From Chromera velia (taxonomy: Eukaryota): a stretch of DNA of 59,634 bases. The notes beneath the pieces were generated by a model. The model was not told the origin of the DNA and did no database searches. It worked only from the letters and a program-made list of their open reading frames with translations. The stretch spans positions 1 to 59,634 of the forward strand of contig JAHBMJ010000008.1 in NCBI GenBank assembly GCA_018398765.1, in the 5' to 3' direction. The translations under genes were made by a program, and so were the position numbers. Positions 11,803-24,444 of the stretch are shown in pieces. Positions within the stretch are counted from its first letter, which is position 1, and each line of letters starts with the position of its first letter.

Positions 11803-14800
11803 TCATTGGACCTGCCGGAAAAATTTTTCTTTCGCTCTCTCATATGCACCGACCAACTCTGGTGTATCCACCTCACTCTCCTTCATCCATGCGAAAGTCC
11901 CATCATCGAACGAGACTCGATACTCCTCCTCTCCATCCTCTGAGAGTCGTCCAGCCAGAATCTGAACTGGCTGAGGCGCTTTCCGTCTTCCCCTCTCTCT
12001 TTGCCTTTCTTCTGGACGAACCTCCAACTCATCTCCCAATCCGAGCTCGTCGAAGAGCTCATCCATTTCGGGGTTGTCCCCTATCCTGAATGTGGCGGGG
12101 CGATCGCTTGAGTGGGGGACTTGCTTCTCTTCTCTCTCTCTTTCTTCTTTTGCAAAGTCTTCCTCTGCCTCTCCATCATCCTCTCTCTCACGGGACTCTG
12201 TCCGTGGCGTATCTGCGGGGATCTCTTCCCCTCCCCCTTGAAGTTCATGTCCATTTTTATCCTTCTTTCCTTCTTCCCACAATTGCAATCGGTCTTCACT
12301 CACAACTTCCCTCTTCTTTCCTCCAATCGGTCGAATCACAGCGACATACGGTTGGTTGCGTGGTGTGCCAACCACGACAAAAGGCCCATCTGCCTTCGCA
12401 CTAAAAGCAGGGAAGCCGAGCTGAGGTACAGGACGACGGAAGAGAACGCGATCCCCCACTCAAAACTTTCGAGTCATGCGCAAGGGATTTTGTCTCTCTC
12501 TTGCCTGTCGCTCCCTCTCTGCTCGGTTGACCGCTCTGTTAATCTTCTCCACTCGCTTCTGCCGAATAAATCCATAATACTCATCATAGCAGAAAGGGGG
12601 TGCTCTGGCTCCCTCTGCGATTGGCTGAACTCTCAGCACAGACTGCGGTGTGTGTGCGAAGAGAAGCTCAAAGGGAGACAGCCCCATTTCGGAATGGGAG
12701 GCCGTGCGGTAGGCAGCATTGAAGCGCTGAAGGTACAAATCCCAATCCCTCTTCTCATCATCTAACTGCTTCCCTACCCCCTCTGCCCAGGAACGGTTGA
12801 AGCGTTCTGGGATCCCGTTTGTCTGCGGGTGGTATCCGGTGGTGGTGTGGTGTCGGGAACGCATGAGAACAAGGAGCTCCCTTACGATTTCACTGTGGAA
12901 GTTCGTGCTACGATCGGACACCAACACCTCAATGAACCCGTAGCGGTAAATGATCTCCTCAAAGAGAATCTTCGCCATCATCCATCCAGGCACTTCCGAA
13001 TCGGGGAGGGCAAATGTCTCGGGCCATCGGGTGAGGGCACACATCACCACGAGAACGAATCGGTTCCCTCGTTTTGTCAGCGGGAAGGGTCCCTTCACAT
13101 CGATCCCAACCACCTGAAAAGGGCAGGTCGGGACGGGGAGCGTATGAAGGGTTCTCTACGGTGTTGCTGCTCTCCTCTCTTGGCACGGACGACACTTCTC
13201 TACCCATTCTCCCACATCCTTCCGAAGACCTGGCCACTAGAATTCTCTCAACAACCTCTCTGCTAAACGCCTGCCTGCAATGTGGCCTCCCATCGGATGG
13301 TCATGGTGCATCACCATGACAGTCTCTCTCAGGTGTGTGAGCACATACAGCTGTTCTGTCTCTCCCACATAACAGTACAGCAATCTATCCTGCAAGTCAA
13401 AGAGACTCTCCTACGCCATCATCGTTTTCATTTGATTCCGTTCTGTGGGCAAAGTGCCCGTCTTCAGATATTCATACACGTCTTGCACACTGTCAGCAGG
13501 ATTAGAGGGAATAGAGGAACGGACCTTTTCAAGAAAAGGGAGAGCCGCTTGCATGGGGAGGGCATTTCCTGTCGCCCCAGCAATCGCTGCCTCAAAGCCC
13601 GGCCTCTCCGCGCTGCCCCCATCAACTGGACGGGAGCAGTGCCGACAGAACGGAGCCCCTGTGTCAACTGAGTGTTCAGCCGGCATAGGCATCCTCGACA
13701 CCGCATCGGCATCCGTGTGGCTCTTTCCCTCTTTGTAGAGATACTGCAGCCCATACTCCTGCAGCTCTAACGCCCATTTCTCTACCTGTTTATTGGCAAG
13801 CTTATTCTTCTCCATAGCCAGATTTGGTTTATGATCTGTCTGAATCACGCGGAGAAAGACGGAGCTGCCAAGCAAATAATGCCTCCACTGTCTGCAATAA
13901 AACAACCCAGCTAACGCCTCCTTCTCTGGCATTCCATAATTTAACTCAGCACTCTGCAACCTTCTGCTCGCATATGTAACCACCCGCTCTTTCTCGTCTT
14001 TGATTTGTACGAGCACTTCCCCAATCGACACATCATATGCGTTAGGCTCCACAATGAAGGGAGTGTGCGTGTTGGGAAAGCACAGAACGGGGGGCTCAGT
14101 GAGACGACGGCGCAGCTCTTAAAAGGCTGCATCGGCTTCTGCTGTCCAAACAAAGGGGCGCAGCTGTCCTTTCTCGTCAAAGGGCCGGAGAAGCTTATTG
14201 AGAGGGTGAGCTATCCGTGCGAACCCAGAGACAAAAGAGTGGTAATAATTGCACAGGAAGACAAACGTGTGCAGACGTGCACGGTCAGTTACATGGGGTT
14301 GGCCAATTCTTGACCTTTTCGGTGTTCTTCTTGCTTGGACGCACACCCTGAGCAGAGACGTTGTGCCCAAGATACTCAACCTCCACCTTTCCAATTTGTG
14401 CCTTCTCCAACCGCAACTTGAGACCTGCAACTCGGACGAGAAGGAAAACCTCCCTCAAGTCCTGCAGATGCTACTGATGCCTTCGAGAGAAGACAATCAC
14501 GTCGTCAATGTAGACGAGCGCTATGTTTCTCGGGAGGGCTGCAAGGACCATCGACATTGCCCGCTGAAAGATCGCAGGGGCATTTATAAGACCGAACGGC
14601 ATTCTAACGAACTCGAAAAGTCTAAAGGGGGTGATGAATGCGGTCTTTTCTGCATCATCTGGATCCAGAAGGATCTGATAATAGCCGGATGTGTAATCCA
14701 AGGCGAAAAACACAGAGGAACCGGCCAAACGGTTGAGGGTCTCTTAAATGCAAGGGAAGGGGAAAAGGTCCCACTTGGTGACTTCATTTAGACGTCTGAA

Positions 14801-17330
14801 GTCAAAGCAAAAGCGAATAGACCCATCAGGCTTCTTCACAAGGACAACACGTGCTGCCCACGGTGACTGTGAAGGCTTGATGATTCCCCCTTCCTGCATT
14901 GCATTAAGCTCCTTCTTAACTTTGTCTCTATAGTGATAGGGCACGCGGTCCTGACTCCATCGGACCGGTGTGTCTGTGTTTATCGGAATTTTTGTGTAGT
15001 AAAGCTTCCCCTGAAGCCTCAACATTCCCACATTGACTCTCTCTCCACTCCAAATATCCGAAAATTCCTCTAACAACTCCAAATACCGCGGCTTCCACTC
15101 CTCTGGCACAGTACTCAAATCGACAGGAGGCAGGTCAGTTTGCTCTCTCTCTCCCTTCACTCCCTCTTTGGACGTTGACTTTCCCCCTGGGTCAGGAGGG
15201 ACGGATGCACGGGCACCTCCCACCTAAGCAGAGGGCCAAAGACAGGGGGGAGACGAAGGGAAAGGGACAGGCCTGGTCTGACTGGGAGACGCCGAGACGG
15301 CGTTGACTGCGGCGATGTGTGTCGAGGGCTCGGTATGAGTCAAAGTCAATTTTGAACGGGAGACGTTCGTGACCTCGATCATAGCTACCCCTGCACGGAC
15401 AGTTGCGATCTGTGCGGGGACTGCCAGACCCGGAAGAGAACGGGGGAAACTCTTTCAAATGAAGACATCATCTCCATCAGGTACATCAATCCGCACCTGC
15501 AGGAGACTGCGATACCATGCAGGAACCCTTGTTCTCTTTGGAGCACACACCTTTGTCAGCTCAACCCCATCATCATACCACACACCGAACTCTGGCAGGT
15601 CTCCCACCTGCAACCTGTCTTTTTCAAATGCATACCTCACCTCCGGGTGCCACCTCAAGAATCTATGCCCAACACAATGTCATACCTCGAACCCTCAGCC
15701 ACCAACACCGGGTACTCAAACGTTTTCCCGGGATTTGAGGGATGTGCAATTTCAGATATTGTCTCCCCAACACACGGCACTGAATTATTGCCCAAAGCAA
15801 CCAACCCCACACTGGGAGATTTTATCTCCACATCGGTAGCAGCAAGGTACCCCACATCAACGAAAGAAACTTGGGAACCTGAATTAAGCAATGCAGACGC
15901 GGGCTTTCCAAAAAGCAAAACACTCACCCACGGACGTGGTTTGACCTCAACAGACGCAACTTGCGCCTAGACAGTAGGGCAACGCTTCTCCTCCCTGCAA
16001 AAGTGCTCGACAGACATGCATATGGGGTCCTCCTCTCTTGCACACACGGCGGGAATGAGAAGAGGCAGGTCTCTATAGACCGCATGATGGGAGGGCGGGC
16101 CTGCCTCTAAGCCCGACGTCTCCCCCCATTTCCCGGCTTTAGAGGAAGAGGGCACTGCTTAGCATGGTGGGCCTTAGACCCACAGTTCTGGCAGCCGATA
16201 TAGTTTGGATATCCGAGAGTATTGCTCCTGGGGAGGAGGGTTTCAGAGAAGAAACCGGTTGGGGCATGGGACGGATAGAAAGGAAAGTTCGAGGGCGCTT
16301 GTTGCCCTCGGCCTCCTCCAAATCCTCCTCTGCCTCCCCTGCCCAGCCCCCTCGACCCCGACTGAACCCACCCCGAAAGTTACTGCCTGCCTGCCCATAC
16401 TGAGTCGGGGCGGCCTGTGCGAGAGACTAGGTGAGTATAGCAATTTGGGCCTCCAGTTTGTCGAATCGGTCACTCTTCTGCTGCTCCTGCTTCTGCTTAC
16501 CCTTCGAATTTTGATTCGCGTCTACAGCTGCGACTTGTGCCTTGCCCTTCTGCTGTGAGTGTAGAAAACAAACTCGGGCAACGAGCTGGTGGTAGTCGTT
16601 GTATACAGTGGGCTCCCTGGTCAAATCTAAGGAGAGAGACGGGTACAGGGTGCCCAGAAAGGGCATAACTCCGGTTTGGTACAGATGTCCAGGTTGGAAG
16701 ATTCGCATAAGTTTCTCGAATGCCTCTTTATGCGTTTCAAAGTCATCACCAGGGGCCAGTTTGAGTATAGAAAGCTTGTACACTGCCTGGTTTTTCTTGG
16801 TCTCTGTTGGGGTCCACCAGAGTAAGAAGGCATCCTTGAGTTGTTGGAAGGTCAAGCGTTTCTTACTCTCCTGGGCCAACCACACCCGTGTGATAGGCTT
16901 TATGAGATGCTTCTCCACGAGCATCTACCACTCTGCGTCTGTCAGGTTTGCTTTCAAAGCCTTTGCCTCAAACATTTCCTACCACTCGACTGGACAGTCT
17001 TTATCTGGATCAAAATCCTTGACGATCGTGCGGGTGTCAAGGTTCGTGAGTTTTGTTAGGTCGACATCGTTTGGGTTTTGCTGCTGCTGTTGTTGCTGGG
17101 CTGGCTGCTGGGCTTGTTGCTAGGCTTGCTGCTGGGCTTGTTGCTGCGCCTGCTGTTGTGCCTGTTGTACCTGCTGCTACGCCGTCTGAAGGTCTGCTTG
17201 TGCCTGTGCCAGATCTGTCTGTGACTGACAGTATGCAAGCTGTTGCTGCAAGTTGGCAATTTGTTGCTACAGCTGCTGGTCGTCTGCCATCTTCTCTTCG
17301 CCTCCCTAGCTCGAAGAGCTCTTGGAACCA
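11803..17330 (-). pseudogene. Disrupted gag-pol: Gln-rich gag, protease, RT, RNase H, integrase, chromodomain
   Basis: ALLNSGSQ (protease, catalytic D replaced by N), RMPFGL..YIDDVIVFS (RT), YASRRL..NY..EKEAL, TDHK (RNase H), HHCC finger, GIDVKGP, VSDR..F, PQTNGIPERFN, GPF (integrase), EYRVSF..W..ESEV..ELV..Y (chromodomain); many stops and frameshifts. Confidence 0.92.
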
Positions 17331-17443
17331 CTGATTGACTGCCTGGTTGGCTGGCAAGAAAGGGTTGAGGTAAGCCCTTCCCGATCGTGTGGTTCTGGAG
17401 ATGGCTGCAATGAAAGAGAAACAGAGGCCGTGAAAAAGAACGT

Positions 17444-17455
17444 GCTCTGCTACCA
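17444..17455 (-). promoter_or_regulatory. Primer-binding site (initiator tRNA-Met type)
   Basis: Minus-strand TGGTAGCAGAGC next to the 5' LTR, complementary to the ...CTCTGCTACCA 3' end of eukaryotic tRNAi-Met. Confidence 0.85.
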
Positions 17456-17459
17456 CTTT

Positions 17460-17881
17460 TGTTGGTATGGCTAGCGTGACGGCAGCGTAACGACTATCAA
17501 CTTACGTGTAAAGTCTGTGCATCACTGGTTCGGTTCCTTCTTCCACTTTGTTTGTCTTCGGACATTGCATCACAAAACTGTCATACATCTTACTGTCCAT
17601 CTTCTAATCTCATTTATTTGCATTTAATTCGCATCTTCTGTATTTCATCTGTCCAATACAGAAAAGGAATCTGTATCGTCATTTCTGTATGACTTCTTTT
17701 CATTTATTGCAATACAGTTTGTTTGTTTAATTCCGTATAACACATTCAAGTGTTGTTTGGAAAGTGTTGCATGGCTCGTGTGCGCGGCGTGCATCAATCA
17801 CTCCGGTCCTCCGGGACCGCACTCCTCACGTCCCCTTAGCCCAGAGCGTCACCCCGGCCCGCTCGCCTCTGAAGCCTAACA
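17460..17881 (-). repeat. 5' LTR of the Gypsy element
   Basis: TGTTGG...CTAACA, direct repeat of 11137-11558. Confidence 0.95.
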
Positions 17882-19059
17882 AAATGATAACTTTGAGAAG
17901 CGATAACTAGAGCGATCGATCGATAAAGGAGTTAGTGGCTAGGTTAGTGGTGTCTGCATGCCCACCTGTATATAAGCAGTAGCACTAGATGACTATAGCC
18001 TAGTGACTAGCATTAGTACCGTTTTGTCTCCTAGTTAAATCTAGAGTTAAATTGTCTTTCAAGAATAAAAGGATTATTATAAAAACAAACAGCATTGTTA
18101 CAACAAAGAGTCTGCGTTTCTACTGAGCTAGTTGCATTTCTAAGCCGTGTTTCCTTTCACTAAGCTAGTCATTGCTAGAGTCATTGAGACATCAGACCGC
18201 CCCTACTGGCACACCTACTAATAAGTTATCACCTATAGCCAAGCTAGCCCCACACCCCATTAAATTGAGGTATAATTGCGTTAGATGGGGGGATTAAATG
18301 GGAGTCATTATGGGACATAATTTCACCTCAATTTCTCTAAATGGGCCACAGTGACTATTTTTAGGGGGGCGGGTTAATTATATTATTATATTATTATTAA
18401 AGGTGTTTAATCATGGAATATATTTGTTCATTAGTTACTCACTTCAAAAGTAATATAATCAGGAATGTATTCCTAAATTAATTAAGGGGGGGTCTGGGGA
18501 GCGGAGCCCCCCGGGCTACATTTTTGATTTTTTTTTTTTTTAACACAGTTTATGACTATAAAAAATTGGTTTTGAAAAAGATAAACAGGGGCTATCTAGC
18601 TGTTAGGCACTGTTAATAGGCAGTAGTGTAACAGTTACCATACTAGACTGTATTACAGTGTTACTAGAATTTTATAAAATCTTATAATTTATAAACTTAT
18701 TAAACTAGCAAATAATACATCATATGAATACGCGGTTGAAAGTTCATATATATTCTCATTGCATGAACATGCACACACTACACCAAAATACGCATGCACA
18801 CTGCAGCACACACTGCATAGCGAAAGGAGGCCTTACTGTATACACTACGTAAGATGCACTCTTTTTCACTTTCAGCATTCGAACGTGAAACACCAAAACA
18901 CCATAAGCACTGTCGAGCAAAAAATTATTTGGATACAAACAAGCAGTACATCTTCACTGAAGAAGGAAATGGAACCTCACCCTCTATGGTGATGGAGACA
19001 ATGTGAGGAAGCAGAGTGGCGTTATCTCCCATCTTTGCAATTTTTTTTTTGAGCTCATT

Positions 19060-19260
19060 CTAATGCTGGGTAGCGATTGCTTTTTTGATTTCTTCTGTCT
19101 TTTTTTTGCAGCTTTGAAGGTGCGTCCAAAGATTGGACGTCCCTCTACTGCTTCTGGCTGTCGTCCCGCAGGAATTGCATGTATACGATTCTACAGGTTT
19201 GCCGAGCGGTGGCTGAACTGCTTTGAAGAAGTCTCGTACGTCTACTTGACTCATTTTCAA
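19060..19260 (-). pseudogene. BED zinc-finger remnant, probably a DNA-transposon relic in AT-rich sequence (~17882-20100)
   Basis: CNSCG...SRGTSNLWTHLQSC fits the BED CxxC..GTSNLxxHL pattern; no TIRs or catalytic domain found. Confidence 0.55.
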
Positions 19261-20597
19261 ACTATAAAGTTAATCGTCTGAATATATCAGGCCTCAGTCA
19301 TCTCAGACTGGTATCATGGCTTGCTGTGAGCCTGTGACTTTAAGTTTGCATCTTACCTTGTGTTTGAAACTCATGCATGAAGACCCAATTTTTGATGCAA
19401 CCTGTACAATCGGCTATTCGGCTCCGAATGCATGTACCGATGGCCGCGGCCGCTAGTAGGAGCGGTAGGCCGCGCCGGCGCGTGCATGGCTGGCCTGGGC
19501 TGCATGGGCTAGGCCATGCATGCAGTGCACTGGATGTGCACAAGCCTCTAGGCTACTCCCAAAACATTTGTTTTCATAACGTAAAAAAAAACCACGCACC
19601 ATTAGAATGACCTGAGGTATTAAAGACTAGTAAGAATCGGACTTTGGCTAATTAATCACTTTATTCAATCATATTCAATCACTTCATGGGATAATTAAAT
19701 ATATTCTAATCATAAGTGACTAAACACCTTTGATTATTATATATGAAGTTCAAATTAAACTGATAAAAACCGGTTAAATTATGGTTTAATGTTGTTCTTA
19801 GTGTTGCTGTACTCATTTTAAATGCTTTAAAAGCGATTCTTTTTTTATATATTAAAAAAATACAAAAAAAAATATTCAAAGGAAATGCATGAGGGAAAAT
19901 GAGGTCTAGAATGAGGTGTCCCAATTTCTGTTTGCTAGGTTATATTAGGTTAGTATATAGTATTATTAATTAAAGTGACATATATAAAGTCACCCTCATT
20001 GACTGTTAGATTGACTGTTTCTCTTTATCATTATTGTGCATGTACCATATTCTACATTGATAGACTTGCAGTCCTGGAGAAACTCTTGGAAAAATGTTGT
20101 AGCAAATGAATCAAACATGAATCTACAATCGGTTCAACAAGCTACACGTAGAACACAACGTGCTATGGTGAGCGGATGAGACCAAACGACTCGTGCAAAA
20201 ACAAAACAAAAACCGACATCCCGAGGTAGAGGCTTTCTTCTTTTGGCGAGCCGACAACAAGAATGTGCGATTTAGCAACGCACTTCGCCTTTTCGCTTTC
20301 TTTTGTCGTCACTGAATGCGTTTTTGAACACGGTTTTTCTCCCCCCATCTTGATCTTCTACACATGAAAGTCGCAGGCACATGCATGCAAGGGGCCGGGA
20401 AAAGAAAGAAACGCCCCAAGTCGGGTCGGGAAAATGAGCCGTCATACACAACACCTATGCAGCTTCCATGCTTTCAGTTGCTTGCATGACGAATCAATCC
20501 CACGGCCACATTTAAATTCTCATCGCAGCCCCGGCCCCCTCGAAAGGCCCATTGAACAAAATTGTCTGCAAAAGCAATGAAGAGAATTTTTAAAAAA

Positions 20598-23500
20598 TCA
20601 TCGCGGCGGTGTATCTGATGTTTCACCCCCTTTTCTCTTGTCTCTCGGCCTCCTGCCCATGCGGGGAGACTGGCGGAACGAGTCGAGGGTCTGACCCCCA
20701 CTGTAGAAGCGGGAAAACGTTTTTTTGAAAGGAGCTCCGTCCGCTGAGTTTTCCCCATCCTCCGCATCATCGTCATCTGGGTTGTTGCTTTTGCTTTGAC
20801 AGTCCGATTCCGAAACTGGAAAAGGATTTTCAGAGGCGGCAAGCGGGGCCTCGTCAGACGCTTCCGATCGTCGAGCGTTTACACTCACACTGTCGGCTGC
20901 AACCATCGCTGCAGCACTGTTTGCCGCACTCGATTCTCGTCCCTCCTCCTGCCTTTCAACTTTTTTCCCCACACCCCAGAGACTCCCGAAACCTCTCCAC
21001 AGATCCTGTGGCAATCCTCCGACCCCCTCTGCTTGTCCGCTTTCCTCTTTCTGTTCGAGGGCCCGGCGCTTTTTGAGCACAGAGAGCGTACCCACGTTGT
21101 TCGTTTGGGGTCGGCTTTGGGCGCTGCGGAGGATGAGATCCCAAACCTGCAGGCAAGGCATGCATACACGATGAAGAATGGGTTTGTCTGTCTGGCGGGA
21201 GAGAGGGACACAGGGAGGCAAGAACTTTATTCAGAGAGAGAGGCACCGGCTTTGCGCTTTGTTGTGTGTATGCCGAATCGGCCCTTCTTTTTGTGTGTAT
21301 GCAAAACTAAGACTGGTTCTGGTGGGCTATGTGAATGAAGCCTGGACCGAGTGGGCGGGTCCAACAAACTGGTGTAAAGGGGTCAGACAGAGAAGGGAGA
21401 AATGACTTGAGCGAAGACTGCACATGCAATGAAGCTTTCCTTCCGACTCAAAAGAAACCAAACAAAAGCAACCTGCATGCAGATAGAGAGAAAACAAAAG
21501 ACTGCACATGCAATGAAGCTTTCCTTCCGACTCAAAAGAAACCAAACAAAAGCAATCTGCATGCAGATAGAGAGAAAACAAAAGACTGCACATGCAATGA
21601 AGCTTTCCTTCCGACTCAAAAGAAACCAAACAAAAGCAACTTTCATGCAGATAGAGAGAAAACAAAAGACTGCACATGCAATGAAGCTTTCCTTCCGACT
21701 CAAAAGAGACCACAGAAGAACAGAAAGCGGCAAGCTCGGGTGCTTGAGAAGGATTGACATCCAGTCAGAAAAAACTGCCAGAAAGAGAAAATTAATGAAT
21801 TGGGACCCAGACTCAAGCAACACAAAAGGATAAAATAAATGAGTTTTCGACGTTCGGGATGAAAGAAAAAGCGTACCGACCGCATCACCCTTGTACATCC
21901 GCCTTGCCTCCATCTCCAAAAAAATTTGCCACACCTCATCCTGTTTGCCCCCCCTGCTGCAGGCCTTCATTGCTAACACCAAGGTCTCCCGAGTGATACC
22001 AAGACCCCCCGGACCCCCACCTCTCAGCTCCCGAATCAACAACAAAGCACGCCCGCCCAACCCCCTCTCAGCGCAGATGCGCAGGAGGGCGTGGTATGCA
22101 AGTGTCGTTCTCTTGTGTCCCTCTCGCTGCATTCTCTGAAAGAGCACAAACGCGTTTGCAGAGAAACTCCCATCAGCACTTTCCTTTTCCTGCCCCTCCA
22201 ACCCCTCATGAGAACTGGGAGCATTCCCTCTCTGACTCAAGGGCCCGCACACCGCATTGGCGCACGCAACTATGGCCCAAGAATACGTCAGACCTGTTGG
22301 AGAAACGCCTTCGTGTGCCATCCGGTCTAGGAGAGACATTGCCGTAGAGGCGTCACCTCTATCGGCGCAAACAGCGATGGCTGCTGTGTAAGTATCGGCA
22401 TCCGGTTGCATGACTCGGGACTTCAAGTCCTCGAGAACAGCAACAGCCTCTGCGGAAGGCCGACCTTGTGCACGAAGCACCGAAATCAATCCGATGAACG
22501 CCCCCCTACTGGGAGCCCGGGGGGCTTTTTGATCACTACACAGGCCGGTGTACTCACTCAGGAGCATCTTTGCTCTCTCTGCGCCATCAGGCGCTGTCCT
22601 CTGTGCATATATGGACGCTGTGTAGGCAGCGGAGGAAGGCTGCTGACCCAGAGCGGCCTCCATCTTCCTGAGGAGCGTGACCGCGGCAGGGCCCGCGGCA
22701 GGGTTACGTGAAGCAGCTACAGCGCGAAGGGCGGAAAGGAAGTGATCAGCTGTTCTAGGAACTCCGAGGCGCTTCATCTGGTCAAGTACATTGACCGCCT
22801 TCTCCCACGCCCCGCCCTGCCTGCACGCTTCCAGCGTAATGGCAAAATCCTGTACGTCAGGAGTCACCCCCACCTCTGTCATACGATCCAGCAGCGTACA
22901 AGCGAGGACAAATTTTCCATGGATCATGAAGTTGTAAAGAACGCGCGCGTAGTCATCATGGGCCCTCTGACGTCCGGTTTCCGGCGTCTCCTCATTCATG
23001 GCTTTGAATACGCCCATGATGTTTCCCAACGTTTCTCTGCGAAATCTCTTGAGACCCGGAAAGAAACGAGAAGAACCCGGTCGGCGCCGCATAACCACCA
23101 CGCCACCTGAAGAGACACCTCCTCTCGCTGTTGAGGTACCATCAGGTGAGGTGACGGCTTCGGAGGAATGGAGAGTTGTCTCCGAAAATGTGTGGGAGGG
23201 GTCTAGAACCGCTTCCTCCTGTCCGTCCATCAACTTTTCCTGGATAGCTCCGAACTCCTGCAGGCAGGCAGGCAGGCAGGCAGGCAGAAGACAGATTAAA
23301 AACAGGCGACGCGGATGACTTGCTGACAGCCTATGAACATGCATTCGGCATGAAACTGCTTGCTGCTCGTCTGCCCTAAGAAAACGCCCCACGCTCCCCC
23401 CCACACTGCGCCGAGCGACTCACCTGAAGGAAAAAGTCCCACTCTAAAGAGTCACTTGAAGGATGGCCAGAATGAAAGCTGATTGGCGGGCCCCGTCGAG

Positions 23501-23678
23501 CAGAGATAAACAAGGTGGATGCGGGAACGTTATTGTGCCCCCCCAACTTCTCTCGCGGCTTCCTTCTCCAGGATGGCGCCGAAAACACATATGAACGCAA
23601 GGCACCACTAGGACTTTGAAAGGCCGCTACACTGTGACACAACAAGAATGCACACACACCAATCACAAGAACACACAT
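20598..23678 (-). CDS. Pentatricopeptide-repeat protein, 3 exons, probably plastid-targeted
   Basis: Exons 23678-23424, 23257-21881, 21146-20598. 35-aa repeats such as PDADTYTAAIAVCADRGDASTAMSLLDRMAHEGVS and PDVQDFAITLEACRQGGAWEKAVNVLDQMKRLGVP; hydrophobic leader ending VAA-F. Confidence 0.85.
21414..21708. repeat. Intronic minisatellite, 84-bp unit x~3.5
   Basis: aagactgcacatgcaatgaagctttccttccgactcaaaaga at 21414, 21498, 21582 and 21666. Confidence 0.92.
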
Positions 23679-24021
23679 GCCTTTCGACTCAGAGCCAGAT
23701 TGCTAAAACAGGAGAGAGTGCAGGGTGTCTTCAGCACAGCAGCAAGCAGGTGCAAGGCTTCGAAAACCCAAAAGACGAAGAGACGGGGCTCCTTCCAAAC
23801 ATTTCTACCCAACCATCAACCCCCCATCTCTACAAGCAGGACAGAGTTGTGCTTACATGAACAACACGCTCTACAGCATGAAAGCCGGAGTTCGTATACT
23901 AATATACCGGCCTCTGGCAAAAGTGAAAGTGACCTTCAAAGATTCATGACAAAGAGACTGGAGATGTTTGATCAGCGGCAAATGCGGCTCGTAGAGCTCG
24001 GCAAGGCTCGCGCAGCTAGCA

Positions 24022-24227
24022 TGGCCCCGGAAAGCGAAGCGGGGGGCACTTACAAAACAGAAGGATTAACTAAACAGGTGTTTGGATGTTTAAACAGAAA
24101 TACCCCAGCCCACGCATGCATGCATGCATGCACGCGCAGTGTCGTCTTTCACCAAAAACCCGGCCCTTCGCCGGAAAGCGAAGCGGGGGGCACTTACAAA
24201 ATAGAAATACCCCAGCCCACGCGTGCA
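24022..24227. promoter_or_regulatory. GGCCCCGGAAAGCGAAGC/TGCATGCA motif cluster upstream of the PPR gene, continued at 36430-36483 beyond the LINE
   Basis: ccggaaagcgaagcggggggcactta near 24027, 24171 and 36458, related to the 5.3-6.1 kb array; regulatory role is inferred from position. Confidence 0.5.
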
Positions 24228-24444
24228 ACGAAGTACGATCCTTCCTTCTCCTCTCCCCTTTCCTGTTCTGACCATGAGAAACAGAGAGGGCTCCAACAGA
24301 GAATACGTTTGAGACAAAAACGAGCGAAATCGGTGGTAAATTGACAAAATTGGAGGGAGTGGCTATTTTGCCTTACCTTCACAGCCGAGTATACCCCCGG
24401 ATTCTAAGTCCACAACCCGTCTATTCGCTAAGCCCCTCATAGAG

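Larger units (their letters stand above)
11137..17881 (-). mobile_element. Full-length decayed Ty3/Gypsy LTR retrotransposon with chromodomain integrase
   Basis: 422-bp LTRs at 11137-11558 and 17460-17881, outer termini TG...CA, 5-bp TSD AAATG (11132-11136, 17882-17886), PBS, PPT and gag-PR-RT-RH-INT order. Confidence 0.96.

Noticed and set aside
21383..23404. 673-aa ORF as a single-exon protein with C-terminal 28-aa repeats
   Set aside because: Both ends are intronic; the peptide repeats come from the 84-bp minisatellite.
23616..24344. 242-aa plus-strand ORF
   Set aside because: Crosses the PPR start in antisense, the motif cluster and the LINE junction; repeated PESEAGG peptides just translate the DNA motif.
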